Shown here one piece after another: positions 42,606 to 45,775 of a DNA stretch of 45,775 nt. A program made the position numbers and the translations under genes. A model generated the notes under the pieces. It was given only the letters and a program-made list of their open reading frames with translations. It was not told the DNA's origin and made no database searches. Numbering within the stretch: position 1 is the stretch's first letter; each line of letters begins with the position of its first letter. The DNA lies in IMG/VR virus record IMGVR_UViG_3300017766_002962, positions 1 through 45,775 of that record. One strand, 5' to 3'. The stretch comes from a virus (lineage: Duplodnaviria > Caudoviricetes).

Positions 42606-43083
42606 GGCGTTGCGCTCCGTAAATGGCAAGTAAAGTCGCCTCGGCCCGGCCGTCGTGCTTTTTCAGCGACCAGTGGTGGGCGAATTGGGGAAGGAGTTTG
42701 GTGGCGAGGGCGCGGGAGTCGTCCTTGTTGGACGTGAGGCCCATGTCGAGCTTCCATTTCGCCGGCCGCACAAGGTAGGTAGGTACTGCGTGGGCGGCCA
42801 CCGCCATCTGTGCGGCGCCGCAGTTGAATCCGAAGTTGAACATCGAGGTCACGCCCTGACCTGGCGCTGCGTGCGGATCCTCAATCGTGACCAGCCGGAT
42901 ACGTTCGGCGTGGAGCTCAAAGAACGCACCGAGCTTTGATAAGTCGAGGGTCCGCTTTTGCTTGCCATTCACGATGATCGGTTTGGTTGGCATGTCCATT
43001 ATGGTTAGAGTTTCGCACGATGGTGGCAAAATCGCAACTGCACCGGAAAGGCCTGGATCGATACCTGCGAAGTCTTTTCTCAC
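42598..43083 (-). CDS. RuvC-like Holliday junction resolvase
   Basis: GIDPGLSGA, IE, QGV.SMF.FG, P.KWK and DGRAEA.L.A motifs. Confidence 0.88.
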   Translation of the reverse strand: MRKDFAGIDPGLSGAVAILPPSCETLTIMDMPTKPIIVNGKQKRTLDLSKLGAFFELHAERIRLVTIEDPHAAPGQGVTSMFNFGFNCGAAQMAVAAHAVPTYLVRPAKWKLDMGLTSNKDDSRALATKLLPQFAHHWSLKKHDGRAEATLLAIYGAQRHG

Positions 43084-43152
43084 CGGCCGGCGGCTTCTTC
43101 TGAGGTAATCACACCATCCCCGTAATCTTGCGAATCTGCTCGGGCGAGAGTT

Positions 43153-43491
43153 TCACTCGGCGGCTTTCATCTTGGCGACGCATTCGACTATGGCGCGGTT
43201 GAGGTTGCCGTGCTGTACAGAGTAATCTTCCGTTGCGGGTATGTTCACATACCAAAGTTTGTTCTTGGCGCGAGAGTCACGCAGCGGAGGCTCAATGACC
43301 ATCCAGAACTTTTTGACCAGCGCCATAGCCTGCGCGTCGTCGGTCAGGGGGTTGTATTCGACGTTGCCGCCAGTGCCGTGCAAATAAAAACTGACTCCGC
43401 TGCTGTCCGATTTGTTCAGCGGCCTGATTTCGCTTGCGCCGGGAATGACCATCGCCTCCGCGCACCTCCTTACCAGTTCAATGTCGGTCAC
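43153..43491 (-). CDS. Phage ABA-sandwich/NinX-like protein
   Basis: YNPLTDDAQAMALV...RAIVECVAK; GTG start with SD GGAGG. Confidence 0.65.
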   Translation of the reverse strand: MTDIELVRRCAEAMVIPGASEIRPLNKSDSSGVSFYLHGTGGNVEYNPLTDDAQAMALVKKFWMVIEPPLRDSRAKNKLWYVNIPATEDYSVQHGNLNRAIVECVAKMKAAE

Positions 43492-43583
43492 AGCCACCTC
43501 CAAGCCAAGTAAGCCAGCCCAAGCACGCCGATCACCTTCGCGGCGGTGAAAAACCAATATAGCCAGGTTGCGTAGTCGCTCAT
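43488..43583 (-). CDS. Small membrane peptide (31 aa)
   Basis: MSDYATWLYWFFTAAKVIGVLGLAYLAWRWL, coupled on both sides. Confidence 0.55.
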   Translation of the reverse strand: MSDYATWLYWFFTAAKVIGVLGLAYLAWRWL

Positions 43584-43918
43584 GGTCGCCCCAAATCAAG
43601 TTCAAGCTTGCGCAAAACGGTGTTGCACTCGTCTATGTTTTTGGGCATATCAGTCAATGCCCACGCAACACGAACGCGACCTAAACTTCTCGTGGAGTGG
43701 AAAGGTTTGAACTCGCGCCCCGCAAGGCGTCGCCGTTCCCCTGCGTTCGGGTGCGTCCACTGGAAAGACTGCAACTGCGCACCGAACCACCCCGACCAAG
43801 AGTAAAGTTCACCCTTGTCTGTGTGCTTATCCACTAGCCAGTAAAAGCGTCCGTCAAAATAAGGCGTTGCAAGCCCGTTGCCGTTGCCATAAATCAGGTG
43901 ATCTAGCCAGAGCATCAC
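43580..43918 (-). CDS. Hypothetical Trp-rich protein
   Basis: Coupled ORF in the leftward operon. Confidence 0.65.
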   Translation of the reverse strand: MMLWLDHLIYGNGNGLATPYFDGRFYWLVDKHTDKGELYSWSGWFGAQLQSFQWTHPNAGERRRLAGREFKPFHSTRSLGRVRVAWALTDMPKNIDECNTVLRKLELDLGRP

Positions 43919-44247
43919 TTCCCCGCCAGTCGGATGATTTCGCGGGCGACAATCTGTGCTTCGTGGTTATCGGCAGACTTAGCCAGTATCTCCGCAGCCT
44001 TCACCGCCTCATCTGACGGAACGGGCGCGGCGAAAAGTAACATGCCAATCGGCAGGTCTATTTCGCCTGAAACAACATGGTTAACCGTAGCCACCTGTTC
44101 ACCCATGCACGACAAGAGGTCAGCGTACTCGCGGAGCATGCCGCGCACCTTTACCCAATGCTCCGAATCAAGTGTTACTCCGTCATCGTCGTCAGCGAAT
44201 GCCGTTACATACGCCTGTACTTCCTCAACCGTGTGCTTGTTCATCAC
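43915..44247 (-). CDS. Hypothetical protein
   Basis: Coupled ORF with SD AAGGAG. Confidence 0.7.
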   Translation of the reverse strand: MMNKHTVEEVQAYVTAFADDDDGVTLDSEHWVKVRGMLREYADLLSCMGEQVATVNHVVSGEIDLPIGMLLFAAPVPSDEAVKAAEILAKSADNHEAQIVAREIIRLAGK

Positions 44248-44969
44248 TTCTCCTTTATTCCTTGGGCGGCGCGCATAGCCAGATAAATAGCCTCATACCC
44301 TTGGCGATTACAGGTGTGGCCTTCGTCGCAGATAACGCGCTGCGCGGCCTCGATCATCGCGTCCGTCACTTCCTCCCCCTTCCCGCTGGCTGGCGGGGTG
44401 GCGAGGGCGGCGGTGTAGTGGTGCTGAACGACGCCGCTGGTTCTCAGTGCAGCGTTGATAGCGCCCCAAGTTGATTCGTAATAGCCGTGCTTGTGCGTTT
44501 CGCCGTTCTCGCGCCAATAGTTCCAGAAAGCATTAGCCGCTTCGTGTGTGGGCTTAATCGCGGGTTCCAGCACCGCATCGCGCTCCGTGGAATGGCGGGG
44601 GTCAGCTTTCGCTGAATCCGGGTCGCCGTCTGCTAGCCTCGCGTGCGACTCAGACCCTTGCGGCCCCCGTTGACTCTTAGCCTGGGCTTTAGGCGAATCT
44701 TTCCAGCGCAACGGCTTGTTGCACGAACAGCATCGGTTGTCGTTCAACTCGCCAGCGAAGTAACTTTTGCCGCATCGGCAGTACGGGTCTTTGCTCTCAG
44801 CCTCGGCTGCGGCGGCAAGGGATTCCAGCAATTGAGCGGCATAACGCAGCCCGTTGTAGGTGGAGCATCCCTTTGCTTTGTCCTCGTCGCCTAATGGTGC
44901 TTCGTGCGCCTTGCTCGTCAGGAACGCGATAGCTTCCCGGTAAGCCTCTGCTCTAATAGAGGTTTTCAC
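44244..44969 (-). CDS. Mosaic hypothetical protein with a CxC...CxxC cluster
   Basis: GTG at 44969 with SD GGAG; ends in a VTDAMIEAA module. Confidence 0.65.
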   Translation of the reverse strand: MKTSIRAEAYREAIAFLTSKAHEAPLGDEDKAKGCSTYNGLRYAAQLLESLAAAAEAESKDPYCRCGKSYFAGELNDNRCCSCNKPLRWKDSPKAQAKSQRGPQGSESHARLADGDPDSAKADPRHSTERDAVLEPAIKPTHEAANAFWNYWRENGETHKHGYYESTWGAINAALRTSGVVQHHYTAALATPPASGKGEEVTDAMIEAAQRVICDEGHTCNRQGYEAIYLAMRAAQGIKEK

Positions 44970-45237
44970 TGTATAGCTCCTCCGTATCACCGCCGACTCT
45001 GCGGATAATTTGATTGGCAGCAAAGGCAACCATGCGAGCCTCACGTCGCGTTAAGAACGCGCCGTACTGGTCAATAAATCCCTGCTCCCACACACCTTCG
45101 TTTCTGCCAAGACAAGCTAAAATTTTCTGCATTCCTGCATCAAAGTGTCTTGCTCCGGTAACGATAAACCCGTGGCCGTTGCGTAAGGCCGCACAAACTA
45201 CTCGCTGCTGCGCCTCTGCTGGCGTGCGGGCGGTCAT
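44953..45237 (-). CDS. Conserved phage hypothetical protein (VCAA...G.RHFD...QGF.DQ...LYSE.LY)
   Basis: Motif recalled from many phages; SD GGAGG. Confidence 0.75.
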   Translation of the reverse strand: MTARTPAEAQQRVVCAALRNGHGFIVTGARHFDAGMQKILACLGRNEGVWEQGFIDQYGAFLTRREARMVAFAANQIIRRVGGDTEELYSENLY

Positions 45238-45326
45238 GGCAAGTGCCTCCACAATCCATAGGCGAATAGAACAACTGCAATCAGCACCAGAACATTGCAG
45301 ATAATTTTGAACAGGTATGGATTCAC
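45234..45326 (-). CDS. Small membrane peptide (30 aa)
   Basis: MNPYLFKIICNVLVLIAVVLFAYGLWRHLP; coupled on both sides; SD AGGAGG. Confidence 0.55.
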   Translation of the reverse strand: MNPYLFKIICNVLVLIAVVLFAYGLWRHLP

Positions 45327-45775
45327 GCTCCCTCCTTTGCCGCGATTGCGGCGTTACGCTCGGTAATAAGGTCATCGCATATTGAGTGCAGTGAGTTTCC
45401 GTCACGCACGTCTTGCATTCTGGCTATATAACGCCGCAGCAACTCGGCATCACGTCTGTTTGCCTCCACTCGCGCCGGTGCGTCGGCCGGGGAGAGTGAC
45501 TTAACGCAATCTTCAAGAAGGTGCAATTCGTCGCCAGCCTTGCGAAACGCAACCTGGATGCAGCGCGCAGCCTCAAGGCTTCCGTCATAGGTAACGGTGC
45601 GGCAAGCCATGTTTCGTTGCGCCCGCTTAACCATGCCGATTACATCCTGCAACGCCTGTGCCACGGCTTCCTGCTGGCGGGATTCGGCGGCGGCAATGGT
45701 GTGCCGTAACTCGGCACGCAAAGCGGTCAGCAACTCGCTCTGAACTGCGTAGTCTTTCTCCGCCCGTTCCCGCGC
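45323..45775 (-). CDS. 3' part of the junction-spanning 249-aa protein (starts at 420)
   Basis: In frame with 420..1 through the terminal repeat. Confidence 0.8.
   Translation of the reverse strand, partial: ARERAEKDYAVQSELLTALRAELRHTIAAAESRQQEAVAQALQDVIGMVKRAQRNMACRTVTYDGSLEAARCIQVAFRKAGDELHLLEDCVKSLSPADAPARVEANRRDAELLRRYIARMQDVRDGNSLHSICDDLITERNAAIAAKEGA
45653..45775. repeat. Terminal direct repeat (right copy)
   Basis: Identical to 1-123. Confidence 0.97.

Noticed and set aside
43080-43156. Excisionase remnant (MKLSPEQIRKITGMV / VITSEEAAGR)
   Set aside because: Only 15- and 10-codon frames; too short to support a call
45653-45775. 123-bp terminal repeat as a biological T7-type DTR
   Set aside because: It falls mid-gene in an accessory ORF that reads through the junction, so it is best explained as assembler overlap of a circular contig
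1-45775. CRISPR array, retron/DGR reverse transcriptase, intron or intein
   Set aside because: No regularly spaced repeats, RT motifs or splice-junction motifs were seen by eye; terL, pol, primase and helicase are uninterrupted

Overview
The window is a complete temperate phage genome, circular in this assembly (unit length 45,652 bp). Bases 1-123 repeat exactly at 45653-45775, and one minus-strand ORF reads through the junction. The virion module is podovirus-like, resembling the Bordetella BPP-1 / Burkholderia BcepC6B layout: terS, terL, portal, scaffold, major capsid, tail tubular A and B, four ejection proteins, tail fibre, GH108 endolysin and 3TM holin. A tyrosine integrase sits beside an attP that carries the 3' half of tRNA-Lys(UUU) and arm-type repeats. 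A long leftward replication operon encodes a RuvC-like resolvase, dNMP kinase, SNF2 helicase, YqaJ-like exonuclease, DUF2815 SSB, family A DNA polymerase, TraR-like protein, primase-polymerase/helicase and three DNA methyltransferases. There is also a cI/cro switch and a separate early operon of small unknown genes. The most notable unexplained items are: (1) a genome-wide palindrome TGCGA-N3-TCGCA that doubles as an extended -10 element and sits at apparently leaderless late genes; (2) a 107-codon ADP-ribosyltransferase-like cassette inserted in the largest ejection protein; (3) a probable structured ~125-nt RNA next to attP, divergent from a lipoprotein moron; (4) a zincin plus HTH-metallophosphoesterase pair in the lysis region; (5) a DnaJ-type zinc finger inserted in a motif-deviant PolA. 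All family calls come from motif recognition by eye; no database searches were run.
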